A DNA stretch of 63,480 nucleotides, counting the filler, from Octopus bimaculoides (Eukaryota): the NCBI RefSeq assembly GCF_001194135.2. It is 5 parts of 5 records of this genome, joined end to end, with 100 filler letters (N's around TTAATTAATTAA, not from the genome) between each part and the next. Parts side by side here need not be neighbours in the genome. Positions count along the whole stretch, not along the records: positions 1 to 22,235 come from NC_068989.1; 4 more parts are not named here. One strand, given 5' to 3'. Below are positions 1 to 11,280 of the stretch, piece after piece. Every line of letters begins with the position of its first letter. Within the stretch, counting starts at the first letter, position 1. The translations under genes were made by a program, and so were the position numbers. The notes under the pieces are model-generated. The model was not told the origin of the DNA. It searched no databases and was given only the letters and a program-made list of their open reading frames with translations.

Positions 1-101
1 CTATCGGTCTCTTTTGCCGAACCGCTAAGTTACGGGGACGTAAACACACCAGCATCGGTTGTCAGGCGATGTTGGGAGGACAAACACAGACACACAAACA
101 T

Positions 102-146
<45 letters not shown>

Positions 147-300
147 TACGACGGGCTTCTTTCAGTTTCCGTCGACCAAATCCACTCACAAGGCTTTGGT
201 CGGCCCGAGGCTATAGTAGAAGACATTTGCCCACGGTGCCATGCAGTGGGACTGAGCCCAGAACCATGTGGTTGGTAAGCAAACTACTTACCACACAGCC
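1..300 (-). mobile_element. tRNA-derived SINE, family 1 (CORE-like domain, internal microsatellite)
   Basis: The minus strand reads GGCTGTGTGGTAAG (A-box-like), GGGCTCAGTCCC (B-box-like), CCGTGGGCAAATGTCTT (CORE-like), then a (TA/CA)n tract and the 3' body. The same element recurs many times in the window. Confidence 0.85.
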
Positions 301-1257
301 AATAACATAAATAATATATAAATATATGCATATATCCATACATATATGTACATACCTACATCTATATGTACACATACATGCATATATGGGTACAGGACAT
401 CAAGAAGACATTAAACACAATGAGAAACGAAAACATAAAGACGAAGACGGAAAACGAACTCATATATATGACATATACACACACATACATTCTCTCTGAC
501 AATAATAAATCAAACAAGTATAGCCACGGATGGAACGTCTCTGATCCCAGGTGTGCTCGAAAAACGCCGACGATCAAAGACCTTCCAGGGATATACGGTC
601 ATCTAACGACTGAATCAAGTAAATAAGAAAACTTCTTTATCCACGACGTTCTAAAACCAACAAATAGTGACGTGATCGGAGAGACATTTGAGCTGTTGTT
701 TCTAGCAGGATGACGATTAGGTCGAGGCGCTCACGTCGCCTGGTCAAATTGTCTCTCGTTAAAGCAGCTGTTGCTAGAAATCAATTAGCAAACACCATTG
801 TAAACCGTGTGTCAACTGCTGTGACCTCTTAATGTTTCCAGAAGTGTGACTTGTTGGTGACGGCATCGCCGTCGTCTTTGTCGTCATAGTCTACAACAGC
901 CCACCCGCAACAGTATACACTTAGCTTATATCTATGTGGGTATATGAAGTCGGCTTTATGGATATGATTTATGTATCGTGTAGGTTATGGTGATGGTGGC
1001 GGCGGCGGCATTGGTGGTGTTGGTGGTGCTGGTGGATTTGGTGGTTTCGGGCGGCAGTCGTGGGAGTAGTGAAGAGGAAGATATATGGAGGAGGACAGGT
1101 GGGTAGGTTCATTGGCAATATCGCTACTGTTCTGAATATTTGCCTTCCCTCCTTTTCCTTCAGATTGTCTGCAAGTGCTTATGGAATCACGCATACACAC
1201 ACACAACACACACAACAAACACACATATATATACACGCACACACACACACATACATG

Positions 1258-1291
<34 letters not shown>

Positions 1292-1309
1292 CATACATAT
1301 ATATATATA

Positions 1310-1340
<31 letters not shown>

Positions 1341-1469
1341 ATGTATGTATGTGTATATGGGTGTGTGTGTGCGTGTGTACACACATGAAGAGGGTAATGA
1401 ACACTAAAAGAAAACACAGGAGGGACAAACAAGTTTTAACAAATATATTACTTTTATGCTTGACATATA

Positions 1470-1500
<31 letters not shown>

Positions 1501-2290
1501 AGGTACATACACACATATATATACACACACGCCTGTAGGTTTGCGTGTATATATGTGTGTATGTAAGTGTGTACGTATATATGTAAGTATACATGTATAT
1601 GTGTATGTACGTATGTTTGTACGTATGTACGTATGTATATAAAACTTACACTGACACACACTCCAATATAAGTATATTCTCTTCTCTTACTGGCTTCTAT
1701 TGCTCGACTGCGGCCATACTGGAGTACCGCCTTGAAGTAATTTTTTATTGGTATTGTTGAAAATTTATCACTGGAAATCGATGTCTAACGGATTTTAATG
1801 CCAGCTGATATTCTCTGAGCATAATCTCGTATATTTGACGATCCTGGTATTCTAGTTAAGAAGATGTGCAAGTTTTCTTTGATGTTGTTACATAATTGCC
1901 TTTTATATTTCATATTTATTTAGGTAGGCAGTTAGTCATCTAAGGGCCTGTAAATTTTGGTTTTCTCCGATAGAATGTCCTTGCTAGCGATTGGAAAAGT
2001 GGTATATCTGAAATCTAGCAATAACGACATTTCGGGCATTGCCGTTTTCAATAGTGCCGAAACTTGGGAAAAGATCTTCCAGGGTCTTCCAAATATAAAT
2101 AGAAATATCTCACTTTCTCTCTTTTGTTTTTCTCTACTTCTTTCTTTCTTTCTTTCACTTTCCTTCTCTCTTCCTCTTTCTTTCTCTCTCCTTCTTTATT
2201 TTGTTCAAGGGAATAAAGATTCAGATCTTTGTGACGTTTCCAGCAATTAAAGATTTTAACTGAAGTTATTTTACTGGCGGACGTATTCTG

Positions 2291-2940
2291 TACGAGGTGG
2301 TATCAAATAATTACCGGATTAGTTATGTCTAATGAAAATACTACTTGTTTACCTAAGTTTTAACATCATTTCCTTCGAAATAGTCACCTTGCGAAGCAAT
2401 ACACCGGTTCCTGCGTTCCTGCCACTTTTAGAATCCAGCCTGGAAGTTGCTTTCCGTAAGTGAGTCAAGGACCTTTTACAATTCGCTCTGGATCTCGACA
2501 ACGGTGTTAAAACAGCGACCGTTGAGCTGCCTTTTCATCTTGGGGAAGAGAAGCAAGTCCGCAGGTGCCAAATCTGGCGAATAGCATGGGTGCGGAAGCG
2601 ATACCATATTGATTTTGGAGAGAAACTCACGAGTGAGGAGAGCTCTGTGACAGGGTGCTTAGTCGTCGTGAAGAATCCAATTCTTCGCATTCCGCAGATC
2701 CGTTCGCTTTCGCCGAATGTCTTCCCTCAAACGCTTCAAAACGTCGCAGAACTCTCGATTGACAGTCTGGCCCTTGGGGGGGGGGGGCGAATTCTTGATA
2801 CACAATACCATATTGCCGGTGGTGACGCTCGTGGTGGGTCTTCCAGATCGTTCATTGTCTTCCAGGGACGTTCTTTCCACTCAAAACATTGCGCTCGACC
2901 CAATTTTTGTCCTCGGTATAATTCATCAGATTGACTGAAA
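2291..2940 (-). mobile_element. Internally deleted mariner transposon fragment
   Basis: TA plus TIR-like CGAGGTGGTATCAAA at 2291. The minus strand encodes LEDNERSGRP, WILHDD and a YSPDLAP-type C-terminus. The region that should carry WVPHEL is missing and there are stops and frameshifts. Confidence 0.85.
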
Positions 2941-3059
2941 ATACCTGTGATTTTATGTCAGATAGTGTGATGAATAAAATAGTAGCCTTAGCAACATACC
3001 TTGAAGTACAGCAGGCATTTTATCTTGATGTTTGGTGACAACAAATCTCCTCAAATCTC

Positions 3060-3960
3060 AAGAATCTTCCTTAGGATTCTTATAGAATATTGGATGATAC
3101 TTTTCAGCAGGTTGACAAAGCAAGTTTCAAATGCAGTTTTTTTGTAGTGCTTTAGGTACCATGCTAAGTGTTCTAATTACCACAGGAATAATTATTGTCT
3201 TAGTCTTCCCCAGTCTCCTCAGCTCTCTGGCTAGATCCTGATGTTTCTCAATAGTTTCCATTTCTTTAGTATAGATTCTGCTTTAATAGGATATTGCAAA
3301 ATCTATGATTTTACATTGTTTATTTTGTCCTCTATAGCCATGTCTGGTCTTCTTGCCTCAATAGTACGGTCAGTCTCTGTGGCGAAGTCTCACAAGATCT
3401 AGTAATTCTCATTTTCTATCACAGCTTCTAGTTCGTGTTCATATCACTTTCTGTTGTTTTTGAAGGCACACTCAGCAATTATCCCAATGCACCCCTTTTG
3501 TGCTTGTATACTGCACTCACTTAGAGGGTGGTTTATACATTTGTCTCCTTTCCTGCAGGATCTATATTTGCTGACTGACTGAGTTTTGTTTATCTTTGCC
3601 TTTGTTCTTAGGGCTTATTCTTGAGTAGCTCTAATTAGCATTTTTGTTTCTCATTTCAAGTTCCTGTTTGTCAACTAGAGCCAGTGTTCTTTAGTTCCAA
3701 CATTGCCAGTTTGCTGTATGAATTAGCCACGTATTTCCATTTCTTTCCATTTGTTTGTTCTGTTGTTCTTTTTCTTTTTGATTTCTCCTACTGTTTCAGT
3801 TACTTTTTAGGTATCTCTGACTAACGATAATATTCTTTCTTTACTCTGCACACATAATTTTTCAGACCCAGTTTCGTAGTGTTAACAGTGTCTTCTGCGT
3901 TTAGTAATCCTCTGTCACCTTCCTTTCTTGATAGGTAGTCTATCGGTATTGCTCTTATGG
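3060..3960 (-). mobile_element. Decayed R4/Dong-like non-LTR retrotransposon 3' part (post-RT zinc finger plus restriction-like endonuclease)
   Basis: Frame-shifted minus-strand translation gives ...ETKMLIRATQE*ALRT...KYRSCRKG...NHPLSEC...DRTIEARRPDMAIEDK...IIIPVVIRTL, the RLE-clade PD-(D/E)xK pattern. Confidence 0.75.
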
Positions 3961-3974
3961 TGGTGTGGTTTTAG

Positions 3975-4063
3975 GGGGTCAATAAAATAAGTACCAATCT
4001 GAGATCAATGAAATCAACTATCCTCCTCCCCAAATTTCGAGCATTGTGCCTATAGTAGAAAGG

Positions 4064-4107
<44 letters not shown>

Positions 4108-4500
4108 AAGCGACGAGCTGGCAGAGTCCTTAGCACACCGGGCAAAATGCTTAGCGGTATTTCCTCCGTCTTTATGCTTTGAGTTCAAATTCCGACGACG
4201 ACGATTTTGTCTTTCATCCACTAGCGTAGCTAGAGTGTGTGCCACCCGATGCGGCTCTTCCGTTTGTCGACCCCGGACCCCGAACCCTACAAAAAAAAAC
4301 ACATACTACCTACAGCAGACCCAAAAGTGGTGCCTTTTAAAAGTGCCGCCCGGGGCAGACTGCCCCTTCCCCAGATACGCTAGTGCTTTCATCCTTTTGA
4401 GGGCGACAAAATAAGCACTAGTTGAGCAATGGGATCGATGTAATTGACTTACCGCCTTACTCGAAAGTGCTGGCCTTGCGCCAAAATTCGAAACCATTAT
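3975..4500 (+). mobile_element. Two tandem family-3 tRNA-SINE pieces (conserved central domain, (ATT)n tail); the second is interrupted by a MITE
   Basis: GCGACGAGCTGGCAGA head at 4110, B-box GAGTTCAAATTCC, and domain CTTTCATCCTTT..GACAAAATAAGCAC. (ATT)n tail at about 4045-4105. Confidence 0.8.
4219..4385. mobile_element. hAT-type MITE
   Basis: TIRs CACTAGCGTAGC / GATACGCTAGTG, with an exact 8-bp TSD CTTTCATC at 4211-4218 and 4386-4393. Confidence 0.85.
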
Positions 4501-4539
4501 TGTTATTGTTGCTGCGTTGATCAATAATAGTAGAGATGG

Positions 4540-4895
4540 ACAGAACGTGTCTAGGAATCCTCTTTAGTCTTGTGTTCAGACCACGAGATGTTTTGAATCC
4601 TTATGAGAATCTTGTTGTATACACCATCAAGACTGTCTTGAAGCTTCTTCATTAATTCACGTTTCAGCTTCTATACAAAAGAATGCTCGCTAAATACGTT
4701 CAAGAAAAACAACTCTCGTTTATTTTGGAATACTTGATTGCCAGATGTTTTGGATCTTGTTACGGCCACTCCAGGCCTTGCTTGTCAGGAAGTCTTTCTT
4801 ATTGACAGCAGTATTGGACCAAACGTACTTGAAGTCATTGTTCTCCTTGAGTTGTTTACCATCGCTGGAGCAAATTAGCAGGTGGCTTTCAACTT
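4540..4895 (-). mobile_element. RTE-like LINE reverse-transcriptase C-terminal fragment
   Basis: The minus strand encodes ...LKENNDFKYVWS...KDFLTSKAWSGRNKIQNIWQSSIP... followed by frame-shifted remnants of the post-RT AETW-type region. Confidence 0.65.
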
Positions 4896-4977
4896 CTATA
4901 ATGGCCATATATTATTTAGACATTTTTGTATTGAGAAAAAAATATGTGCATGAGTGTATGAGTGTATATAACATACA

Positions 4978-5125
4978 CTTGATAAGACGTTTTCTCCCCA
5001 ACCACATGGTTCTGGGTTCAGTCCTACAGCATGGCGCCTTGGGCACGTGTCTTCTACTATAGCTCCAAGTTGACCAAAACCTTGTGAGTACATTTGGTAG
5101 ACGGCAACTAAAAGCCTGTAGCATA
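4978..5125 (+). mobile_element. Family-1 SINE, 5' half
   Basis: CAACCACATGGTTCTGGGTTCAGTCC...CCTTGGGCACGTGTCTTCTACTATAGC, matching the element at 1-300. Confidence 0.8.
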
Positions 5126-5189
5126 TGTGTGTATGTATGTGTGTGTATGTGTGCGTGTGTGTTTATAAACGTGGTATATATATATATAA

Positions 5190-5254
5190 TTTTAGGGAAA
5201 AGAACCAAGGTTCATGAACTCATCGATGAAAATCCTTGGTTCTTTTCCCTAAAA
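5190..5254. repeat. Perfect 21-bp inverted repeat between (TA)n tracts
   Basis: TTTTAGGGAAAAGAACCAAGG at 5190-5210 and CCTTGGTTCTTTTCCCTAAAA at 5234-5254. Confidence 0.9.
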
Positions 5255-5449
5255 CTATATATATATATATATATATATATTTAATACTGTGAAACTTAAT
5301 TCAATTTTAATTTTTAATAAATTGATTTTAATTGAGTTTTTACCTGTAATTTTGGATTTTTATCCCTATTATTATTATTATATATATATACACTTCATTT
5401 TGTATCTGGTTTGCAAGACTTTTTACGTGAATTCGTGTGTTGAAACAAA

Positions 5450-5621
5450 TTTTGTAGTGTCTAGGGAGAGTCATCATGTCAATATAATTAAAACATACAC
5501 ATACAGGTTTAATACCAAGACTGAGAAGATTGCAAAGATTCAGATATTTAATAAATGAGGGAAATTGAACTGGTGTGTGTTAATTATATCAGCATAATGA
5601 CTCTCCCTAGACATAACAAAA
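5450..5621. repeat. Fold-back element with ~50-bp imperfect arms
   Basis: TTTTGTAGTGTCTAGGGAGAGTCAT...TATAATTAA pairs with TTAATTATA...ATGACTCTCCCTAGACATAACAAAA. Confidence 0.85.
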
Positions 5622-6257
5622 TACGTGTGTGCGCGCGCGCGTATGTGTGCTCGCGCGTGTGCTAGTATGCGCATATGCGAGAGAGAGAGACGACAATATC
5701 CTATACATATTTGTATACGTATGTATTAGTGTGTACGCAGCAAGCATGTCTATGTATTTGAACGTAACTCCACCAAATGACTAAGTACCACCTATACGTG
5801 TGTGTGTGTGCGCGCGTGTATACGAGAGAGTGAGAGAGAGAGAGAGGGAGAAAGAGAGAGAGAGAGAAAGAGTGAGAGGGAGTATCTCTACTTCCTGCAT
5901 GTGTCTATGAAAGCACGTGAAGGTATGTCGTTTTCACGCCAAATAAACCCATTGAAAAGGAACAAGAGTCTGTTCAGAAGTCTGTTCGGTATAACAATAA
6001 ACGTACATCCAACAACGAGTAGCTTGAAAGGTTCTGTCACTCCGTTTCAGCGTTCATTGACTGCTTATTGTTAACAACAACTCTATTATAGCACAGTCGA
6101 CTAACGTCTAAACTGGAGTGTAACAACGGCAACATGCTAGACGTTATTAATATATTTTAAAAATACCCAGAACAATGCGTACATATGTATACTTACATAT
6201 CTACATATCTATGAAGGTATGAATACATACGTAAATAAGTGTATGTGTACACACACA

Positions 6258-6298
<41 letters not shown>

Positions 6299-6344
6299 TT
6301 TACTAAACAAAAGTACTCTGTCCAGTGAAAGATAAATATCATTT

Positions 6345-6485
6345 AATGCTCAGTATATTAAATAAGAGCTACTAACAGTGCATTTTTTTTTTTTTGTTAT
6401 TAAGACACGTGGTTAGGCATGTTACAAATTCCTGCCTAACCACGTGTCTTAATGACAAGAAACTACTAGTAGCCTTTATTTAAGT
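6345..6485. repeat. Fold-back palindrome (26-bp inner arms, 13-nt loop, imperfect outer arms)
   Basis: 6394-6419 pairs with 6433-6458 (one mismatch). Outer arms are TAAATAAGAGCTACTA and TAGTAGCCTTTATTTA. Confidence 0.85.
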
Positions 6486-7639
6486 GCAGTGTAGATTAAA
6501 TATTATATATACATATATACATATATATAAAAGTATATTTTATTGTGTTTAGAGAGAGTCATTCTTTTTTAATGCCTTATTAATTTACACACTCACCGGT
6601 TCGATTTCTACTCATTTATTTATCCTAAAGTTTTCGTTGCTTCTTGCAACATCTTCAATGGTCGTTGACTCCATCCGTTATCGAAGTGACGTTCTTTTTG
6701 TTTTTGTTTGTTTGTTTGTTTGTGCACATATATATACATCTGTGTATGTGTGTGTGTTTATGTGTATATGTATGAATACACAATACATTCATACAAATCC
6801 AATACACGCATGCACACACTCATACACATTTATGCTTATGTTTACAGTCGAAAAGAAAGAACTCACTACGTTGTGCAAAGCATAATTTTGTTATTTATAT
6901 TTATATTTTTTTATATATTTTATTTTATATTTTATTTACATCTTAATTTATATTTTATTTTATTCATTTCTTTATTCTTATAAATCAGGAGCCATTATAT
7001 GATTGATTCGGCTGCCTGGCGGTTGATGCTTTCAGGCAAAGAGCGACACTGCACAATATTCTGCTGGTTCAGTCTTTTTTAGGAACAGTAACATATACAA
7101 GACATTCTTAAATACGATGTGTAATCTTTACAATTGTCGTCTACGAGATTCTTGTGAAAGTCTCTTTTATTTCCTTGTTGAAACCAGCTTCATCTTATAA
7201 AAATTATAAGTACAATTAAAATGTGAATACATATACATTAGGAATGCTTAGATGAACGTCCCAAACTTCGAAGTCACTGTCAAAATTAGCCTTGTTTAAA
7301 AATAATAAATTTCTTCTCTACAAAAGTATAGAATTATCCATCAGATAAATGCAATTGTTTTTTGTTAAAACTAAACAATAAAACAAACCTGTGTGCGTTT
7401 GTGTGTATGTATGTTTATAATTGTGTATTTAGAGTAGAAGTGTATTTTAAGAACGTGTATAAGGAGATAGATAGATAGATAGATAGATATTTGAACTATG
7501 GTTCGAAGTTTTACTGACATAGTATAAAAAGTTCCTCTATATATATAATAGGGGAAGTCACGAAGTATATTCTTTGACTTCCTTAATCACATGAATAAGC
7601 ACGAATGTTCTCGATATTCGCATTAACAAGCATTCATTC

Positions 7640-7684
<45 letters not shown>

Positions 7685-7718
7685 GTGTGTGCATGTTTGT
7701 GTATGTAACTACATATAC

Positions 7719-7752
<34 letters not shown>

Positions 7753-7980
7753 ACTTGGTACACCTCACCCCACTCCAAGAAAAAATTATGCACACATCGA
7801 AACATTTTAAAGTAAGCATTTATTAAAATTCATTTTATTTTCAAAATTTAATAGAATCTAAAGATACATTTCTTTTNNNNNNNNNNNNNNNNNNNNNNNN
7901 NNNNNNNNNNNNNNNNNNNNNNNNNNNNNNNNNNNNNNNNNNNNNNNNNNNNNNNNNNNNNNGTGTGTGTGTGTGTGTGT

Positions 7981-8214
7981 GTATTCTTTTAGATTGCGGC
8001 CAAGCTGGGGCACCGCCTTGAAAGGTTTTAGTCGAACAAATCTACCCCAGGACTTATCTACCTGATTCTTTAGTCGAACAGCTAGGTTACAGGGACGTAA
8101 ACACACCAACACCGGTTGTCAAGCGGTGATGAGGGAACACACACTGACACGAAGACACACACACATAAATACATATCTATATATGTGTGTCTGTGTGTGT
8201 GTGTCTGTGTGTGT

Positions 8215-8245
<31 letters not shown>

Positions 8246-8300
8246 CCGGGTTTTTCCCGTCTACGAAATACACTCAAGGTTTTGGCCAGCCCAACGCATG
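7981..8300 (-). mobile_element. Family-1 SINE, 3' body and truncated core
   Basis: GGGACGTAAACACACCAACACCGGTTGTCAAGCGG, a microsatellite, then CAAGGTTTTGGCCAGCCC. Confidence 0.7.
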
Positions 8301-8628
8301 TATGTATGTTTATATGTATGTTTATATGTATGTATGTATGTAATGTATGTATGTATATGTGTGAGTGTAGGGTTGGCTTGGGGTGGGGTTGACGCGTGGC
8401 TGTTTTCAATTCAACAGGCGAAGTGAAAGTGATTGTGAAGGAGCAATATAACAATGCACGATTGTTGTATTTCATCAAAAAAGGATTTGAATGCGTCACT
8501 TGTGATGCAGTCTATGCTAAGTAGCACGTGAGTACTATAGAGGTAGAGTTACTCAATCAACATGTGAAATCTGAACGACATATGTCCATTACAAAAAACT
8601 ATGACTCCTTCAACTGCATATGACTGTA

Positions 8629-8665
<37 letters not shown>

Positions 8666-9293
8666 AAATATTTTATGATTATATACATAATCATAACAAG
8701 GGGTCGGCTCCATGCATCACCACGCACCGTAAGAAATAGACGCTAAAGTCCTTTTTTACTACCTTAAAATCTCCGAGAATAACACACTTTATTGTAGGCA
8801 AGCAAAAGAAAAATAATGAATCAATATGGCTGCTTAACTACGGACGCGTTTCGAACTTAAAGTAAAAAATAATTTTACTTACTGTTTCTCTTCAGCATAG
8901 TATTTCGTATAAGTTCACGAGTATTTCAAAATATGCACGCAATCAGCGTCATCGTATGTCCGATATTTATCCAGACTCGTAAAAATATACCGCCAAGTAT
9001 AATTCATATCTTTCTTTTATATGCACGTGTGTGTTAAGATCTAGACCGCAGTAAATGCAGCTTCGATCATGGAGTGAATTTATTCAAATATTATTTTAAT
9101 AATAAAGGGTAAAAATCAATAAAATTTACAGCATTATTGATTCATTATTTTTCTTTTGCTTGCCTACAATAATGAGTGTTATTCTCGGGGATTTTAAGGT
9201 AGTGAAAAAACTTTAGCGTCTATTTTTTACGGTGCGTGGTGAGGCATAAAGTCGACCCCTTGTTATAATTATGTATATAATTATAAGATATTT
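8666..9293. mobile_element. Non-coding element with ~165-bp inverted arms enclosing a hammerhead motif (Penelope-like inverted-pLTR architecture)
   Basis: 8666-8832 is the imperfect reverse complement of 9129-9293. The spacer is about 296 bp and has no ORF. Confidence 0.8.
8837..8901 (-). ncRNA. Minimal type-I hammerhead ribozyme, intact core
   Basis: Minus strand: ACTATG | CTGAAGA | G-AAAC...AAGTAAAA/TTTTACTT...GTT-C | GAA | ACGCGT | C | CGTAGT. All core nucleotides are present, helix I has 6 bp and helix III is palindromic. The GUC site predicts cleavage between 8843 and 8842. Confidence 0.8.
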
Positions 9294-9734
9294 TGGGATT
9301 TTGCGGAGGGTCAAAATTGGTAACACAAACAGGATATATATGTATAGAACTTTTCCTACCTTGTGATAGAACTTCCCATGGCCATCAACATAAACTTTCT
9401 CACTTATAACGCCTGTACTTTCTGAAAATATATCTTTCCCAAATAAAGCTCACTTCATATTCAAGGCTCTGAAGAAGCTATATGATGTTATCCTGGTTCT
9501 GAGCTAAGAGTCCACCACATCTTATGAAAGAAACAACAATAAGCCAATGAAGTTCATTACATAACATTTGGTTTTTTCCTCGTGTCATCTCTTTGTTTTC
9601 TATTACCATTCTATACTTGAATAACATTGTGTTCTGGACCATACCTATACTGAGTTCTACACCACGTTATTAATCTCATTATGCCTTAGTGAAATATTAA
9701 AATAATGTTTATCTATCTATCTATCTATCTATCT

Positions 9735-10145
9735 GGCTGTGTGGTAAGAAGTTTGCTTTGAAACCACGTGGTCTGGGTTCAGTTCCACTGCGTGGTACCT
9801 TGAGCAAGTGTCTTCGATAGCCACGGGCCAACAAAAGCCTTGTGAGTTGGTTTGGTAGACGGAAACTGAAAGAAGCACGACGTATATATAAATATATATA
9901 AATGTATAAGAAGCACGCCGTATATATAAATACCAGGATAACATCATATAGCTTCTTCAGAGCTTTGAATATGAAGTGAGCTTTATTTGGGAAAGATATA
10001 GCTTAGCGGTTCGATAAAAGAGGGTAATAGCCCAAGTGCCATGTCAAACTAAAACAAATATATGTACTGATGTTGATTTTTCAACTAAAATCTCCAGGAC
10101 GGTGATCCAGTATGAACGCAGGTCAATAACTGAAACAAGTAAAAG
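9735..10145 (+). mobile_element. Family-1 SINE carrying a templated inverted insertion
   Basis: Head GGCTGTGTGGTAAG at 9735 and 3' body ending GAAACAAGTAAAAGA. 9932-10000 is an inverted copy of 9429-9497. Confidence 0.8.
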
Positions 10146-11280
10146 ATATGTGTGTGTATTTGTGTGTGCCTTTGTATGACAGTGTGTGCGCGCGCGTGCG
10201 TAATATCTCTGAAGCTGAAGGTTAGAAGAATAACCCGTCCTGCTAGCGCTAAGTGACTGAGAAATTATGCTGTTGAAATGAAACTGTACAGATTAATTAG
10301 CAACAGAAAGAAGGTAGTTTTGTATTATCTAATTTCAAAAAAAAAAAAACTTTAAGATGTATGTGAAGTAGAGGTGGTCGTTATGATGTGTAAACGATAA
10401 CGTTGTTGCTAGGTAAAGGAGCAGGTACGTGGATCAAATCCCATTAGCAAATCTCAGTTTCTTTGTTTTGTTTTGTTTTTTCCTTCTGTTTCAATATGCT
10501 GCTAATTATAACAATATGTCACATTGAAACAAACGTTTCTTTGTACATATGTGCGTGTCTATTTTTTATAACTGTGTGCACATTTTATATGTATGTATAT
10601 ATATATATATATATATATGTGTGTTTGTGTGGGGGGGTTGCCTATTTATCTGTTTATGTCTCGGTGATGTATGTATTTTGTGTTTATATCTGTGTATGTA
10701 ATGTGAATATGTTTATATTTGTATCTAAGTATATGTATATGTGAAAATATACGTGTGTATTTATGTTTGTGTGTATGTATATGTAGATTCTTGTCTCTGT
10801 TTGTGTATATATGTATGCTTATGTGAACGTGCTTATGTTCGTATGTATGCGTATGCATATAGGTGGATGCATATATTATCAGATGTCACTTTTGGCTTAG
10901 CTGTTGAAATATACATTAATTTATGCAGTTGTTCTATCCGGTAACCAGTGACACCAGTCGAACACACCTATCAACAACTAGTTTATATGTCAGCTTAACC
11001 TGCGTGACAAGTGGCTCGCATGAAATTCTTTACACACTTCTGGTTTTGTGTATCCTATTTTATTCCGGAATCTTCGAATACCATATAAGGAGAGAAAAAA
11101 GTACATGAATATATAAAGAGCATTCAACGTGCCTTATTATAAAGCTGTGAACGTCCGTGAAAGGGAAGTGTGAATTTACGTATATATTACTAAGACAATT
11201 ACCAACTAAAATCGGTGAAGTGTTCGGCTTAGAATAGGAAACTGGAATTTGAACCCGAATCGAAAAGTTTTTAATATTTG

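Noticed and set aside
960-1110. Gly/Pro-rich ORF end (PPAPPTPPMPPPPPSP)
   Set aside because: It is a low-complexity GGT tract adjoining microsatellites, with no supporting exon structure.
5211-5233. CGATGAG-TTCATGAAC as a hammerhead half
   Set aside because: No GAAA follows helix II.
6590-6620. ACCGGTTCG as a hammerhead helix III
   Set aside because: It lacks the full GAAA and has no CUGANGA.
59-10944. HTHT/CVCV/YIYI-rich ORFs
   Set aside because: These are translations of (CA)n/(TA)n/(TACA)n microsatellites, with no coding signal.
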